Below, piece by piece: positions 46,997 to 58,467 of a stretch of DNA of 64,000 nt (positions are counted from its first letter, which is position 1; every line of letters begins with the position of its first letter). A program made the position numbers and the translations under genes. The stretch covers positions 53,759-117,758 of the forward strand of contig CAUZDY010000004.1 in NCBI GenBank assembly GCA_963578805.1, written 5' to 3'. This DNA is from Vicinamibacteria bacterium. Lineage in GTDB: Bacteria; Acidobacteriota; Vicinamibacteria; Vicinamibacterales; UBA8438. The notes below the pieces were generated by a model. The model saw only the letters and a list, made by a program, of their open reading frames with translations, did no database searches and was not told where the DNA came from.

Positions 46997-48040
46997 CTAC
47001 GGAAGCTTCTGCACCCGACGCAGCGTCTCTTCGCGCCGGCGGTGAGCGTACGCTCTAAGGTCGGTGACCTGGTCGGATTCATCAACGATCTCTCGTCCGA
47101 TTAACTCCTCAAGCACATCTTCGAGCGTCACGATCCCTGCGAAGCCCCCAAACTCGTCAATGACGGCCACAAGATGCTGACGACGTTCGAGAAAGGTCCG
47201 CAGCAGCTCGTCGAGTGGCGTCGAGTCGACAACAAAGTGGATCGGCTGCATTATTTCTTCCATCCCAACCTCAAAACGGTCCTGGGCAACCGCTCTCAGG
47301 ATATCGACAGCGCGTACGACACCAACGAAATCCTCAGGATTGGCATCAAAAATGGGAACCCTGCTGTGCTTACTGAGAGCGTCATCAGACGCCGCCTCGC
47401 GCGCAGAGACGCGTGCGCCGAGCGTGAAAACAACCGGCCGAGGGGTCATGATTTGCCGGGCCGTTCTGGTTTCCATCGACAGCACATTCTCAATAACTCT
47501 GGCCTCGTGCTGTTTGAGCGTCCCTGAGCGCAGCCCAGACCCGACCAACGTCAGCAGGTCTTCATCGGATACACGATGCTCCTGGTGTCCCTTCCAGACC
47601 AGATTCGTTGCCACCTGCGTGAGCGCGATCAGCGGGCTGAAGACGACGACGAGCATATGGAGCGGCTGAGCGATTAGCGGAGCAAGCTGACGTGAGTAGA
47701 CGACCCCGATCGTCTTGGGCAGCACCTCAGACAGCAGTAGGATCGCCAGGGTGAAGGCAATCGAGAAATAGATGACATTCCCTTCCCCCAGAGCCGTGGC
47801 TGCCAACGCACCGGCAACGGCGCCGCCACCGGTATTAGCGATGGTATTGAGTGAGAGAATGGCCGAAATAGGCCTGTCGATCGTCTGCCTCATTCGCTTC
47901 AGCCTAAGACCCGATGGCCGCCCCGACTGTGCCAGCATCTCGACATGCGTCGCCGGCACCGAGTAGAGAACCGCCTCAAACAGGGAGCAGGCTGTGGACG
48001 TCACGAGAACCAACCCCACAACAAGTTCTAACTCAAGCAT
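46997..48040 (-). CDS. CNNM/DUF21 plus CBS (hemolysin-family) protein
   Basis: CSLFEAVLYS, EVLPKTIG, IMTPR, HSRVPI, DEFGG..GIVTLEDVLEELIG. Confidence 0.92.
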   Translation of the reverse strand: MLELELVVGLVLVTSTACSLFEAVLYSVPATHVEMLAQSGRPSGLRLKRMRQTIDRPISAILSLNTIANTGGGAVAGALAATALGEGNVIYFSIAFTLAILLLSEVLPKTIGVVYSRQLAPLIAQPLHMLVVVFSPLIALTQVATNLVWKGHQEHRVSDEDLLTLVGSGLRSGTLKQHEARVIENVLSMETRTARQIMTPRPVVFTLGARVSAREAASDDALSKHSRVPIFDANPEDFVGVVRAVDILRAVAQDRFEVGMEEIMQPIHFVVDSTPLDELLRTFLERRQHLVAVIDEFGGFAGIVTLEDVLEELIGREIVDESDQVTDLRAYAHRRREETLRRVQKLP

Positions 48041-48160
48041 TGCCGTTATCGCCTCCGACTGAAAGAATACGAGATATAGGAATTACGTGAAGCCATGAGA
48101 AGCTGAGGCTTCTGGTCTGACGTTGGACGACGTGAGCACCCCAAGACGGAGAGGAACGAG

Positions 48161-48925
48161 TTGAGTAAGCCATCGCATGGCAATGGTTGGGAAGACCGAA
48201 CGCTTCTAGAAGGCCCGCAGACTCGGCGAAAAGACCTCGGTCTCGTACTGCGTTCGGTTAGAGATTTTGTCCGTGGCTTCCGCGCTCTGCACTTTGTGGG
48301 TCCGTGTGTAACCGTGTTCGGATCGGCCCGTTTCAACGAAGGACATCATTACTATCAACTCGCCCGAGACGTGGGAAGTGCGTTGAGCCACCTGGGGTTC
48401 ACTGTGATGACCGGGGGTGGACCTGGCCTGATGGAAGGCGCCAATCGCGGGGCACGCGAGGCCGGCGGACGGTCGGTAGCGTGCAACATCAGGCTCAGTG
48501 CCGAGGAGTACCAAAACGCCTATCTCGACCAGTCGGTCACCGTGCATTATTTTTTCGTGCGTAAGGTGTTGCTGTTTAAATATTCCTACGGGTTTGTCGC
48601 CCTCCCCGGTGGCTTCGGAACGATGGACGAGCTCTTCGAGGCACTGACGCTCGTGCAGACCCAAAAGATCGCGAGCTTCCCAATAGTACTGATGGGTCGT
48701 GACTATTGGAAGCGGCTATTTCATCTGGTGCAGAACATGGTTAATGAAGGCGCCATCAGACCGGGAGAGCTGGACTTATGGCTCGTGACTGACGACATAA
48801 ACGAGGCGATGTCCCATATTCGCAAGCATGGGGTCGAAGACTTCGGTCTCACGTCTCGCCGACCGCCACGCCCGTCTCGCATCCTGGGGGAACCTCGGAT
48901 TACGGCTGGCTGGACGACGCAGTAA
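48161..48925 (+). CDS. LOG-family (TIGR00730) Rossmann-fold protein
   Basis: VTVFGSAR, TGGGPGLME.ANRGA, FFVRK, PGGFGTMDE. Confidence 0.93.
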   Translation: MSKPSHGNGWEDRTLLEGPQTRRKDLGLVLRSVRDFVRGFRALHFVGPCVTVFGSARFNEGHHYYQLARDVGSALSHLGFTVMTGGGPGLMEGANRGAREAGGRSVACNIRLSAEEYQNAYLDQSVTVHYFFVRKVLLFKYSYGFVALPGGFGTMDELFEALTLVQTQKIASFPIVLMGRDYWKRLFHLVQNMVNEGAIRPGELDLWLVTDDINEAMSHIRKHGVEDFGLTSRRPPRPSRILGEPRITAGWTTQ

Positions 48926-49065
48926 TCGTCGCACCCGGAGCGGTTGGCTCTCCCTAATTAAGATCGAATCCCGTCGAGACCGACCGGTCACACCACAGTG
49001 ACGCGGAGACCGTCTTCTTTGACCAAGCCGCAAAACCGTCTCCCACTTCGACACGGGTCCCTGCC

Positions 49066-50307
49066 TCAGTTATCACCTGACCGTCGACCACTGAGATCAA
49101 GACAGATCAGCGTGTTCTCGTTTCGAATATAGATCCGCCCATTTACCAACGCAGGATAAGCACGAACGACCGAAGGGAGAACTTGAGTAGTGGCGAGTAC
49201 GGTCAATGCCTCTGGGGACGCCTCGGCCACTACCAACTCCCCGCTCTCGCGCACAATCACTAGACGGTCACCGGCCAGCGTTACGGTCCCGGCTCCGTAG
49301 CTAGGGATGTCCCACTTCACCGTACCGGTTCGGAGTTCAACGGCACGCAAGCTCGGACTGTATTCCTGGCGGCCATGAAATCCATACAAATGACCATCGT
49401 GATAAACACTGGTCGAATAATGGTTCGACATGACCTCATTCGAAATCCAGATCTCATTCAACTCACCACCGTTCACTCGGAATAATCCGGCACCGGTTCC
49501 GTACGTCGCCGACACGAAGATGAGGTCATCGACAACGAGCGGTGTCGCAGCATTGACCGACGCCCTCAACCGCGACCGCCAGGGACGAGAAAAGCGGACA
49601 GTGCCGTCGGCAGGGTCTAATCCGGCCAGATAGCTTCGTGTAAAGAATACGGCGTGGGTCTGCCCCCCAAAGTTCGCGCTGACGCCTGACGAATAGCTGG
49701 CGTCATCGTCAAGGGCCGTCCAAGCGACCGCTCCCGTCTCGGTATCAAAGGCGACGACGCCGGCATTCGCACCGCCGATGTTTGCGATCACGTGTCCCCC
49801 TGTGACTAGGGGTGACCCCGTCGCTCCGAAGAAGCCTTTCCGGAAGCTGAACTTCGCCTTGGTGTCAACGTTCCACGCGACATCGCCGGTCTCCAGACTC
49901 AGAGCATGCAGCTGGCCTTGAGCGCCGAACGTGAACACCTGTTCTTCGACGACAACCGGGGTCGAACGAGGCCCTTCATCGAAACCAAAATCGTCTCGGT
50001 AAGTTGTGAGGTAGTCATACCGCCAGACCGTCTCCCCGGTCGACGCGTCGATCGCCTCGACAACTTCTCGGTCATCAATGCGATGAAACAGGATCAACTG
50101 TCCGTCGACGACAACGGGACCGGCGAAGCCGGCTCCGACAGGGCGTCGCCACACCTCTGGGGGACCACCCACGTCCCAGTCAGTGTCCAGGGCGGGACCA
50201 GCGTAGTGACCGTCACGGTCCGGTCCCAGGAACTGTGGCCAGTCCTGGGCTAGCACTAAACCCGTCGCCAGTAGCACGAGACTCACTGTGGCCCGGAAAC
50301 GGCTCAT
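49066..50307 (-). CDS. PQQ-binding-like beta-propeller protein, secreted
   Basis: DWPQFLGP.RDG, GPRSTP, repeated D..TG...W blades. Confidence 0.88.
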   Translation of the reverse strand: MSRFRATVSLVLLATGLVLAQDWPQFLGPDRDGHYAGPALDTDWDVGGPPEVWRRPVGAGFAGPVVVDGQLILFHRIDDREVVEAIDASTGETVWRYDYLTTYRDDFGFDEGPRSTPVVVEEQVFTFGAQGQLHALSLETGDVAWNVDTKAKFSFRKGFFGATGSPLVTGGHVIANIGGANAGVVAFDTETGAVAWTALDDDASYSSGVSANFGGQTHAVFFTRSYLAGLDPADGTVRFSRPWRSRLRASVNAATPLVVDDLIFVSATYGTGAGLFRVNGGELNEIWISNEVMSNHYSTSVYHDGHLYGFHGRQEYSPSLRAVELRTGTVKWDIPSYGAGTVTLAGDRLVIVRESGELVVAEASPEALTVLATTQVLPSVVRAYPALVNGRIYIRNENTLICLDLSGRRSGDN

Positions 50308-50585
50308 GATGACTCGGCCAGAAGACGGCGAATTAGGTCGACTGTAAATACGGCGGTTGGGGTGCGGTAGGAGACAGTCCGATACGAAGAGTCAGGCTCG
50401 GCGTAAACCACGAAATACCGCATGATTCGGAGAGGACCCTGACGAGCAGTCATCGCATAGAACACCCCTTGATGGAGGGCCTGGTCGAGAAGCGCGACGA
50501 TGTTCGGATACTTCTCGACCCACGGACGCGACTGCTCCAGGACGAAGATGCGCTCGCGGGTAATCACACGCAATACGTAGTTCAT
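50304..50585 (-). CDS. Hypothetical protein
   Basis: 93-aa ORF with AGGGG SD and ATGA overlap with the downstream gene; no motif recognised. Confidence 0.5.
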   Translation of the reverse strand: MNYVLRVITRERIFVLEQSRPWVEKYPNIVALLDQALHQGVFYAMTARQGPLRIMRYFVVYAEPDSSYRTVSYRTPTAVFTVDLIRRLLAESS

Positions 50586-50732
50586 ATTCCCCTAGCCGGC
50601 CGAGGCAACGTCACAGACAAAATCAGTCGAATCGCTCCATGCCTCCACAGGCAGATACTAGGTCAGTCCCTCGCGATCAGACTCGTCGAGACAGCATCCA
50701 CGGTACGGCGTGCAAAAACATCGCCCGGCGGG

Positions 50733-51314
50733 TCAGAACGCTGGCGGAACCGTGTGCGCCGCACGCTCCACTCCGGCAGCCCAGTCTCGAGCGAGCATCG
50801 CATACACGATGTGGTCGACGAAATGATCGTAGAGCCACTCGGCATCCCGCAGCAGACCTTCTTCGCGAAAACCGAGACGCGAAGGGATCGCACGGCTTCG
50901 GTCGTTCCCGATCGCACAACGGATTTCGACCCGATTTAACTCAGCCTCGTTGAAGGCATGGCCAACCAGTGCCCGGCTGGCGGAAGTTACCAGCCCCCGC
51001 CCCTGAAACTCTTCGCCAACCCAGTACCCCAGTGAGGTCAGGCGATTCCGCCAATCAATTTGGTGATGCCCAACGATTCCGGCAATCCGCCCATCCAGCC
51101 GGATCGCTAGCTGCGTCCCGTTGTTCTGTGACTCCTGCGCCTGAGCGGCTCGAATGAACGCTCTGGTGTCCTGGAGACGAGTGATGTTGTCGAGCCATGG
51201 CAACCAGTTACGCAAATAGGGGCGATTGCGGTCGGTTAACTCGAATAGCTCGTCAGCGTCACGGAGCTCTAGTGGCATAAGTGCGAGCTGCTGAGACACG
51301 GCAATCGGCTGCAT
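50733..51314 (-). CDS. RimJ/RimL-family GNAT acetyltransferase
   Basis: NR.YL..WLPW, LGYWVG..FQGRG, LNRVEIRCA..N..SRAI. Confidence 0.92.
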   Translation of the reverse strand: MQPIAVSQQLALMPLELRDADELFELTDRNRPYLRNWLPWLDNITRLQDTRAFIRAAQAQESQNNGTQLAIRLDGRIAGIVGHHQIDWRNRLTSLGYWVGEEFQGRGLVTSASRALVGHAFNEAELNRVEIRCAIGNDRSRAIPSRLGFREEGLLRDAEWLYDHFVDHIVYAMLARDWAAGVERAAHTVPPAF

Positions 51315-51618
51315 GATTAGATCGCCCGCCGCATTATCGCCGCCCAGGACAACCAGAGCATCGACCATTCCCTCGAGCTCTCCAACGAGAGTATCGACGA
51401 CGTCGCGGGTCGGATCCCGAGTGACATACTGAATGCCTCTACCCCGGAAACGGGCATGACAACGCCAGCGATTATACCCGTGTCACCCGGTCACCCCGGG
51501 ATCCACGCCTGCTAAGACGATCGAAACTGTGCATTCAATACCGTCACCGGCGGCAGCGCCGTATAATCGCGGTACGCTACCAGAACGTGTGACGGTCCAA
51601 CCGTAAAGCAGGACGCTC

Positions 51619-52902
51619 TTGACCAGACAACGGCTCGCCATGACAACCTTCGCAGCCTGTGTGGCACTGACCCTGGTCAGCGTACTGCCGAACCAGGCCC
51701 AAAGCTCAGGTATCTTCATGGTGCCTGTCGAGGGTGAAGGTTCCAACTACTGGCCCAGATGGCGAGGTCCGTCCGGGCAAGGAGTGGTGACCGGAACCGC
51801 GTATCCCGATACTTGGTCCGACAGCGGGAACGTCGCATGGCGAACCCAGGTTCCCGGACGCGGACACTCGTCCCCAATCGTCTGGGACGACCACATTTTC
51901 GTGACCACGGCAGAGGAAACGGGACGAAGGATCTCGATCCTGAGCTACCGCCGATCGGACGGACGCCTCCTATGGCAAACGGCCGTGCCAGAAGGACCGA
52001 CCGAGCGTATCCACCAGAAGAACACCCGGGCGTCGGCAACACCAACCACCGACGGAGAGCGCGTATACGCATCGTTTGGGAGTCGCGGACTCATGGCGGT
52101 CGACTTCGACGGTCGTCTTGTCTGGCACACCGAAGTCGGTCCGATTGACAACTATCACGGAACCGCGGGCTCTCCCCTTCTGTACAACGATCTCCTCATC
52201 ACATACCAGGACCACCGAAGCGGGGCGTTCGTCGCCGCGCTCGACAAGGTGACCGGTAAGCTGGTCTGGCAGACCGACCGCAGTGGTAGCGTCGGATGGG
52301 GCTCGCCGATTGCTGTCCGAGTCGACGACCACGACGAGATCATCGTCAGTAGCCAGCGGACGGTAACCGCCTACCGTCCGTCGGATGGCTCCGAACTGTG
52401 GCATTGCAATGGGAATCTCTTCGAAGTGATACCCACGCCAGTTGTCAGTCACGGGCTCGTGTTCTGCGCGTCCGGACGGGCCGGCCCCACACTCGCCATC
52501 CGTCCGGGCGGACGTGGCGACGTCACCGACTCGCACGTAGTATGGCGCACGTCCCGTGGTTCGCCGTTCGTCCCGTCACCACTTGTCTACGGCGACTATC
52601 TCTACACCGTGAACGACATGGCCAGCATCGTTACCTGTTTCGAGGCAGCGACCGGGACCGTCATGTGGCAGGAACGACTGGGACCGCCCGCCCTGGAAGG
52701 GTTCTCGGCCTCGCCGGTCGGCGTCGACGGAAAAGTATTCTTCACGAACGACGAGGGACAGACGTTTGTTCTGAGGGCCGGACCGGAGTTCGAACTCCTC
52801 CATACCAACGACATCGGTGCGCGAACGTTGGCCTCCCCCGCCCTGGTCGATGGGCGCTGGTATGTTCGAACGGAACGTGAGCTGATTGCGATTGGGGAAT
52901 GA
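51619..52902 (+). CDS. PQQ-binding-like beta-propeller protein, secreted
   Basis: WPRWRGPSGQG, GHSSPIVW, ATPTTDGERVYA.FG, FSASPV. Confidence 0.88.
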   Translation: MTRQRLAMTTFAACVALTLVSVLPNQAQSSGIFMVPVEGEGSNYWPRWRGPSGQGVVTGTAYPDTWSDSGNVAWRTQVPGRGHSSPIVWDDHIFVTTAEETGRRISILSYRRSDGRLLWQTAVPEGPTERIHQKNTRASATPTTDGERVYASFGSRGLMAVDFDGRLVWHTEVGPIDNYHGTAGSPLLYNDLLITYQDHRSGAFVAALDKVTGKLVWQTDRSGSVGWGSPIAVRVDDHDEIIVSSQRTVTAYRPSDGSELWHCNGNLFEVIPTPVVSHGLVFCASGRAGPTLAIRPGGRGDVTDSHVVWRTSRGSPFVPSPLVYGDYLYTVNDMASIVTCFEAATGTVMWQERLGPPALEGFSASPVGVDGKVFFTNDEGQTFVLRAGPEFELLHTNDIGARTLASPALVDGRWYVRTERELIAIGE

Positions 52903-52983
52903 TGATGCGGGTCGTCGCATCTCGGTATGCTGGCAAGGTTGGAGTGCCGTAATGGGTCGAGCCGGCCAGCTCGCTGCGATCGT

Positions 52984-53853
52984 CTAAAGCCCGAGTAGAT
53001 TGCGCTGGAGCTTTTCGAGACCGGCCTCTTCGGCCCAGAGGTCCAGCTCGACCGATGCCAGTTCATCGACCATCGGCACCGCCAAGCCGTCCACTCGGAG
53101 ATCGATCGCCTTGAGATACGTCTTGCAGACCTGACACTCCTCGACCCGCACCTGTGGCCAGACGTCAGTCACGTGATAGACGAGCTTATTGGTCTCGGTC
53201 GACCGGCACTGGGGACAAGTGAGGCGAGTAAACGCCCATTCGGTTGAACACAGCGCGCAGAGCAGCAGGCGCTCTCCTTTAATCTCCGACCCGTCTCGAA
53301 TCACAGCCAGCTGCGGGAGCCAATCACATCGTGGGCAAGTCGCCGACGTCGGGTCGTGTCGCTCGTTAGACCCGACCGGAGGGGACAATGCCTCCCTATC
53401 CGGTAAAGTGGCCACCAACACCTCAGCCAGAGGCTGCACAAAGGCACGCGGGAAGAACTCGACCGACGATGGCGGATGGCCAAGCTCGGCTGCGACCTCG
53501 TCGAGTGGACGTCGAGACAGGAAGGCCCGTAACACGTCGGTCGCGATGGAGCGTGACTCACCGAGACGTTTAGCGATCGCCGCGAGCACATCGGTCGAAA
53601 CGGCACCGACGTCTTTGACGAATCGTAGGAAGGGCGGCGTACAGCGGTCGAGCGGTAACCGATGGAGGGAGAGCGTCGAGCCGGTCGAGCCGTCGCTCAG
53701 CCAGTCAAATCGACTCGCCGCTCGCGAGACGGACTCTTGGAGCTCGAGCACCCGGTCATAGAACACTAGGAGCTCCACTGCCGGCTGATGCGCAGCGCTG
53801 AGCTTGGCGACTCGGGCCCGACGCCGCGCCCAGGTCGGCAGGGTCACGGTCAA
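52984..53853 (-). CDS. fdhE: Formate dehydrogenase accessory protein FdhE
   Basis: CPRC, R.L.C.LC.TEW...R..CP.C, C..CKTYLK, VDELAS..LD. Confidence 0.92.
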   Translation of the reverse strand: MTVTLPTWARRRARVAKLSAAHQPAVELLVFYDRVLELQESVSRAASRFDWLSDGSTGSTLSLHRLPLDRCTPPFLRFVKDVGAVSTDVLAAIAKRLGESRSIATDVLRAFLSRRPLDEVAAELGHPPSSVEFFPRAFVQPLAEVLVATLPDREALSPPVGSNERHDPTSATCPRCDWLPQLAVIRDGSEIKGERLLLCALCSTEWAFTRLTCPQCRSTETNKLVYHVTDVWPQVRVEECQVCKTYLKAIDLRVDGLAVPMVDELASVELDLWAEEAGLEKLQRNLLGL

Positions 53854-54461
53854 GACTGGTCTTCGTACCAGCGTGGATGATGCATCGAGGCCCACCGTCG
53901 CGTGACCTTGCCGTCGATCATCCCTCGAGCCGTTCCCGGGTAGGCCACCACGCCGAGATACACATGGACGATCAGGAAGAGGCCGCCCCCAACCGTCGCC
54001 GCGAAATGCAGTAACCGAGCGGTCGCCAGCAGCCCGGGTTCAAACCACTCGGGCATCCAGAGCGCCAGGCCCGTGGCCACGAAGACAACAGCCAACCCGC
54101 CCTGCACCCAGAAAAAGACCTTCTGGCCTGCGTTGTACTTACCCGCGCGCGGCACCTTGTCGTGATTCCGTGTCACGTAGTCCTTGATCGCTCCGAGCCA
54201 CCGCCAGTCGTCGTGGTCCAGAAACATTTCGCGGATCCAGAGCGCCAGCATACATACCATGCTAAGGCCGAATACGGCTCCGACCCACGGGTGCAGCACG
54301 CGCGCCGCCGGACCGCCGCCCACCAGCGATGTCAGCCAAAACAACGAGGGGTACGACAAGGCCAACCCCGTGACCAGCAGGGCGACGAAGGTGCCGCCCA
54401 CTACCCAGTGGACCACCCGCTCGAGATACGTGAACCGGTGCAGGAGTCCGTTGCTACTCAT
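53850..54461 (-). CDS. fdnI: Formate dehydrogenase gamma subunit (cytochrome b556)
   Basis: RF...ER..HW, GKYNAGQK, HVY, W...HHP.W. Confidence 0.93.
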   Translation of the reverse strand: MSSNGLLHRFTYLERVVHWVVGGTFVALLVTGLALSYPSLFWLTSLVGGGPAARVLHPWVGAVFGLSMVCMLALWIREMFLDHDDWRWLGAIKDYVTRNHDKVPRAGKYNAGQKVFFWVQGGLAVVFVATGLALWMPEWFEPGLLATARLLHFAATVGGGLFLIVHVYLGVVAYPGTARGMIDGKVTRRWASMHHPRWYEDQS

Positions 54462-55317
54462 GCTCCTCCACGTGCTGCTGCCCATAGCGCAGCAAGTGGA
54501 GAGCGGTCCCGATGATGCTGAAATTGAACAGGAACACAGCAGCACGCTTCAGGAAGCTTAAACCGGTCATCGGACCCGGACTAGCGGTCGGGTCGGTCGG
54601 CAGGCTGTAGTCGTCGAGGCGGTCACCGTGCGGGACGACGTACATCATGTGAGTGCCGCCCACCCCCGCCGGATTGTACACCGAGGCACTGCTATAGCCG
54701 CGCCGCTTGAGAGTCTCGACCTGCTTGTCGGCCAGCGCCAGCATGTCCTGCTTCGAGCCCCAGGAGATCGCGTTAGTCGGACACGTCTTGACGCACGCCG
54801 GCTCGAGACCTGCGTCGATCCGGTCGATACACATGTTGCACTTCGAGACTGTTTTCGTGGCCTTGTCAAACCGAGGAATGTCAAACGGACAACCGGTGAC
54901 ACAGTACTGACACCCGATACAGTTCTCTTGATTAAAGTCGACGATCCCGTTCGTGTACTGAACAATCGCACCTGGCGCCGGACAGGCAAACAGACAGCCA
55001 GGGTCTTCGCAATGGAGGCAGGCATCCTTCTTAATAAGCCACTGGATGTCGCCGTTCACTTCCACTTCGTTAAACCGCATCAACAACCACGTGTTCGCGC
55101 TAAGGTCCTTGTGGCTCTGGAAGCTGCCGAAGTTTTTAGTCGGCTCGACCTTGAGCTCGTTCCACTCCTTGCACGCCACCTCGCAGCCTTTGCATCCGAT
55201 GCACTTTGAGATATCGACCAGCTTTGCGTACTCAGGGGCGTTCGACCGCAGTGCATCCAGCGGAATAAACGCGCTGGGAGTTGCGGACATCCGACGAATG
55301 GAAAGGTTGTCTGGCAT
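54454..55317 (-). CDS. fdnH: Formate dehydrogenase beta (4x[4Fe-4S]) subunit
   Basis: CIGCKGCEVACKEWN, CLHCEDPGC..ACP, CIGCQYC..GCPF, KC.MC.DR...PACVKTCP; C-terminal TM. Confidence 0.95.
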   Translation of the reverse strand: MPDNLSIRRMSATPSAFIPLDALRSNAPEYAKLVDISKCIGCKGCEVACKEWNELKVEPTKNFGSFQSHKDLSANTWLLMRFNEVEVNGDIQWLIKKDACLHCEDPGCLFACPAPGAIVQYTNGIVDFNQENCIGCQYCVTGCPFDIPRFDKATKTVSKCNMCIDRIDAGLEPACVKTCPTNAISWGSKQDMLALADKQVETLKRRGYSSASVYNPAGVGGTHMMYVVPHGDRLDDYSLPTDPTASPGPMTGLSFLKRAAVFLFNFSIIGTALHLLRYGQQHVEEHE

Positions 55318-55323
55318 ACGAAA

Positions 55324-58311
55324 CTACACTGGCTCCACGTTCACCAAAAAGCTCTTGAACTCAGGACACTTCGTGTTTGCATCGCCGACAAATGACGTCA
55401 ACTGGTTGGCCATCGAGCCCGTAGTCAACCCAACGAATCCCCAGTGCACCGGGATACCAATCGTCCAGGTTGTCCGCCCGTTGACCAGAAGCGGCCGAAT
55501 TCGCTTGGTTACAATAGCGGTGCCGGTAACGGTCCCCCGTTTTGACCAGACCCTGACCTGGCTAGCGTTTGCAATCCCTTTTTCTGCTGCAAGCCCTTCA
55601 GGGACTTCCACAAAGAAATCGGGCATCGCCTCGACGAGATACGGCACGTTGCTCGTCACAAAGTGCTCACGCTCGACGACGCGATACACCGTACACGCGT
55701 ACGGAAACTCGCTCCCGCCCGACGTGGCTAACGTCTCTCGCACCCCGTCATACCAATGAATGAGTGGATTGACCGGCACGTTCTCGTGTAGCACGTTTGT
55801 CGTCGGGCTTTCGACCGGCTCGTAGTGCTCAGAGAATGGACCATCGGCCAGCTGCGTGCTAAACAGCCGCGCCACGCCTTCTTCGTTCATGATGAACGCC
55901 CCAGTTGCGTCGGGGGGCGTAGTCGATCCGTAGTCAGGTACGTCGCCAATCCACCGTTGACCGTTCCAGGCAATACCTGATCGCTGTGCGTCCCACGGGA
56001 CGCCTTCGGCATCCGCCGAGGCCCGGTTGTAGAGCACTCGCCGGTTGAGCGGCCAGCTCCACGCCCAGTCATGGTGCATCCCCAATCCGGTCGGGTCCGC
56101 CGTGCCCCGGCGCTTCATCTGATTGCCTTCTTCCGTGTAGCTCCCACTATAGATCCAATTACCGGACGCAGTCGTGCCATCGTCTTTCAGTTCACCGAAT
56201 GACGATAAGAGGCGCCCAGTCGAGAGATCAGAGCCGTTGATCTCTTTCGCCAACTCGACCAAAGTCGGTTCGCGGGGATTCAGATAGTCCCACGTGAGGT
56301 GCTGGATCGGATCGTTATACGCGCCACCCTCTTCCTGATAGAGCTCTTTCACTCGCCAAAACAATTCGGACAGAATCCACGTGTCAGAACGAACGCCAAT
56401 CGGTAGATCGACCGCCTTTTCTTTCCACTGCGCCCACCGCCCACTGTTGGTAAACGAGCCGTCTCGCTCGATCCAGTGACTGCTGGGAAGATACAAGACC
56501 TCGGTATCGATCTCGGCCGAGTTCACGCCTGGCGCCTTCCAGAACTCGGCGCTATCGAGCATAAATGGATCGATGACCACCTTCCACTTAAGCTTCGCCA
56601 TCGCCTCAAGCAGACGAGGAACGTCCGGACCCGCCAGTAGAGGATTGAAACCCAGGGCCACAAAGCCCTCAAGACGTCCATGGTGGGCCTCGTCCCAAAG
56701 CGACAGCCAGGTTGCGTCGCCGCCAGGTTTGGCCAGATAGTCGTAGGCGAAGTCGTTCTCCGGAGTCGCGTGTTCCCCGAACCACGCCTTCATCAGAGAG
56801 ACGTAGAACTTTGGATAGTTTCCCCAGTAGTTCACAGCAGTGGGGACCAATGGGCGCGGCGTCGAGTCGTGCAGATGTGTCTCGAACGACTGCTGTTCTG
56901 GAGTCGGCACTTTAAGATAGCCAGGCAAAATACCAGCCACCACCGCATGGTCGGTAGCGCCCTGCACGTTCGCGTGTCCACGTAACGCGTTAATCCCGCC
57001 CCCGGGTCGTCCAATGTTACCCAGCAGGAGCTGGAAAATCGCGCCTGTGCGGATGATCTGGCAGCCCACGGTATGCATGGTCCACCCAACCGCATACATG
57101 ATCGTCCCGACTCGATCGGCCCGCCCAGTTGAGCAGACGATCTCGGCCATCCGCAGAAAGTCCTCTACCGAGCAACCGGAAATCTGAGCGGCAATCTCTG
57201 GTGTGTAACGTTCGTAGTGTTTCCTGAGCAACTGAAACACACACCGCGGGTGTTCCAGCGTCTGGTCACGCCGGACAAAACCGTCCAACCCACGTTCATA
57301 GTCCCAGGCGGTCTTGTCGTACCCTTGTGCCGCCTCGTCAAAACCAGCAAACAAGCCGTCGGCGAAACCGAACTTTTCGCTCACGATGAACGACGCATTT
57401 GTATGCGCCAGCACATAGTCATGGTGCTGGAGATCGTTATCGAGGATGTACTTGATAAAACCACCCAAGACAGCGATGTCACTCCCTGGCCTGATTTGCA
57501 GATGCTTGTCGGCTACCGCCGACGTGCGGGTAAAGCGCGGGTCGATCGTGACGAGCTTGGCGCCACGATTGTCACGTGCCTCGAGCGCCCACTTAAAGCC
57601 GCACGGGTGGTTCTCGGCCGGGTTCGCGCCCATGACCAGAATGACGTCCGCGTTCTTGATGTCCTTCCAGTGGTTGGTCATCGCCCCGCGGCCAAACGTG
57701 GCGGCCAGACTGGCCACCGTGGGGCTGTGTCATATTCGAGCCTGGTGGTCGATGTAGCCTAATCCCATCGCCCGCATGGTCTTAGTAATGAGATAGGCGT
57801 CTTCGTTGGCCACGGTGGCGCTGCCCACCCACGCAATCCCATCGCATCGATTGACGACTCGGCCTTGGTCGTCTCGCTGTGAGAACGTCGCGTCCCGCGA
57901 ATCTTTGAACTTGCGGGCAAACCAGTCCATCGCAAAGTCCCAGGTGACGTCTCGCCATTCGGACGAGCCAGGGTCTCGGAACTTTGGCTGATGCTGCAAG
58001 CGTGGGCTGATCGCGAGCTGCATCTGCGACGCGCCCTTGGGACAGAGAGTGCCACCGTTAATCGGATTGTCGGGGTCACCCTCGACATGCATCACCGTGT
58101 TCGTAGTGTTCAGCCCGCCGCTGCCATGGACATACGCGATCGTCCCACACCCTACCGCGCAGTATGGACAGACGGTTCGGTACTCCTGAGCATTCCGGAT
58201 CTTCAGCTGCCGCACAGCCGCATAGGCGGGACGCAGGTCGAAGCCCAGTGCGCTCAGACCAGCGCCACCCGCAACTGATGCCTTGAGGAATGTCCGACGT
58301 GAGATGTCCAT
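55324..58311 (-). CDS. fdnG: Formate dehydrogenase-N/O-type alpha subunit, selenocysteine-containing, Tat-exported
   Basis: SRRTFLK Tat motif, CPYCAVGC...LCPKG, HQARI-TGA-HSPTVA in frame (TGA 57732-57730), ALRGHANVQG. Confidence 0.95.
57701..57717 (-). promoter_or_regulatory. SECIS element of fdnG
   Basis: GTGGCCA-GTC-TGGCCGC hairpin 12 nt after the TGA. Confidence 0.75.
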
Positions 58312-58467
58312 GCGAGATCCGTGACAGGATACAAGAAACAGGGTCAAAAGAGACAGCGGGCTGCGCTGTGCGTGCAGAGAGACTGCCCGTGCACTTCTGG
58401 ACAACACCCCATGTGAGAATCTACCCGAGGAATCGTGAGGCACCGCGCCGACTGATAAGATTGCCCC

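Noticed and set aside
45406-47000. Intact integrative element at tRNA-Leu
   Set aside because: No integrase and no duplicated tRNA 3' end seen in the window.
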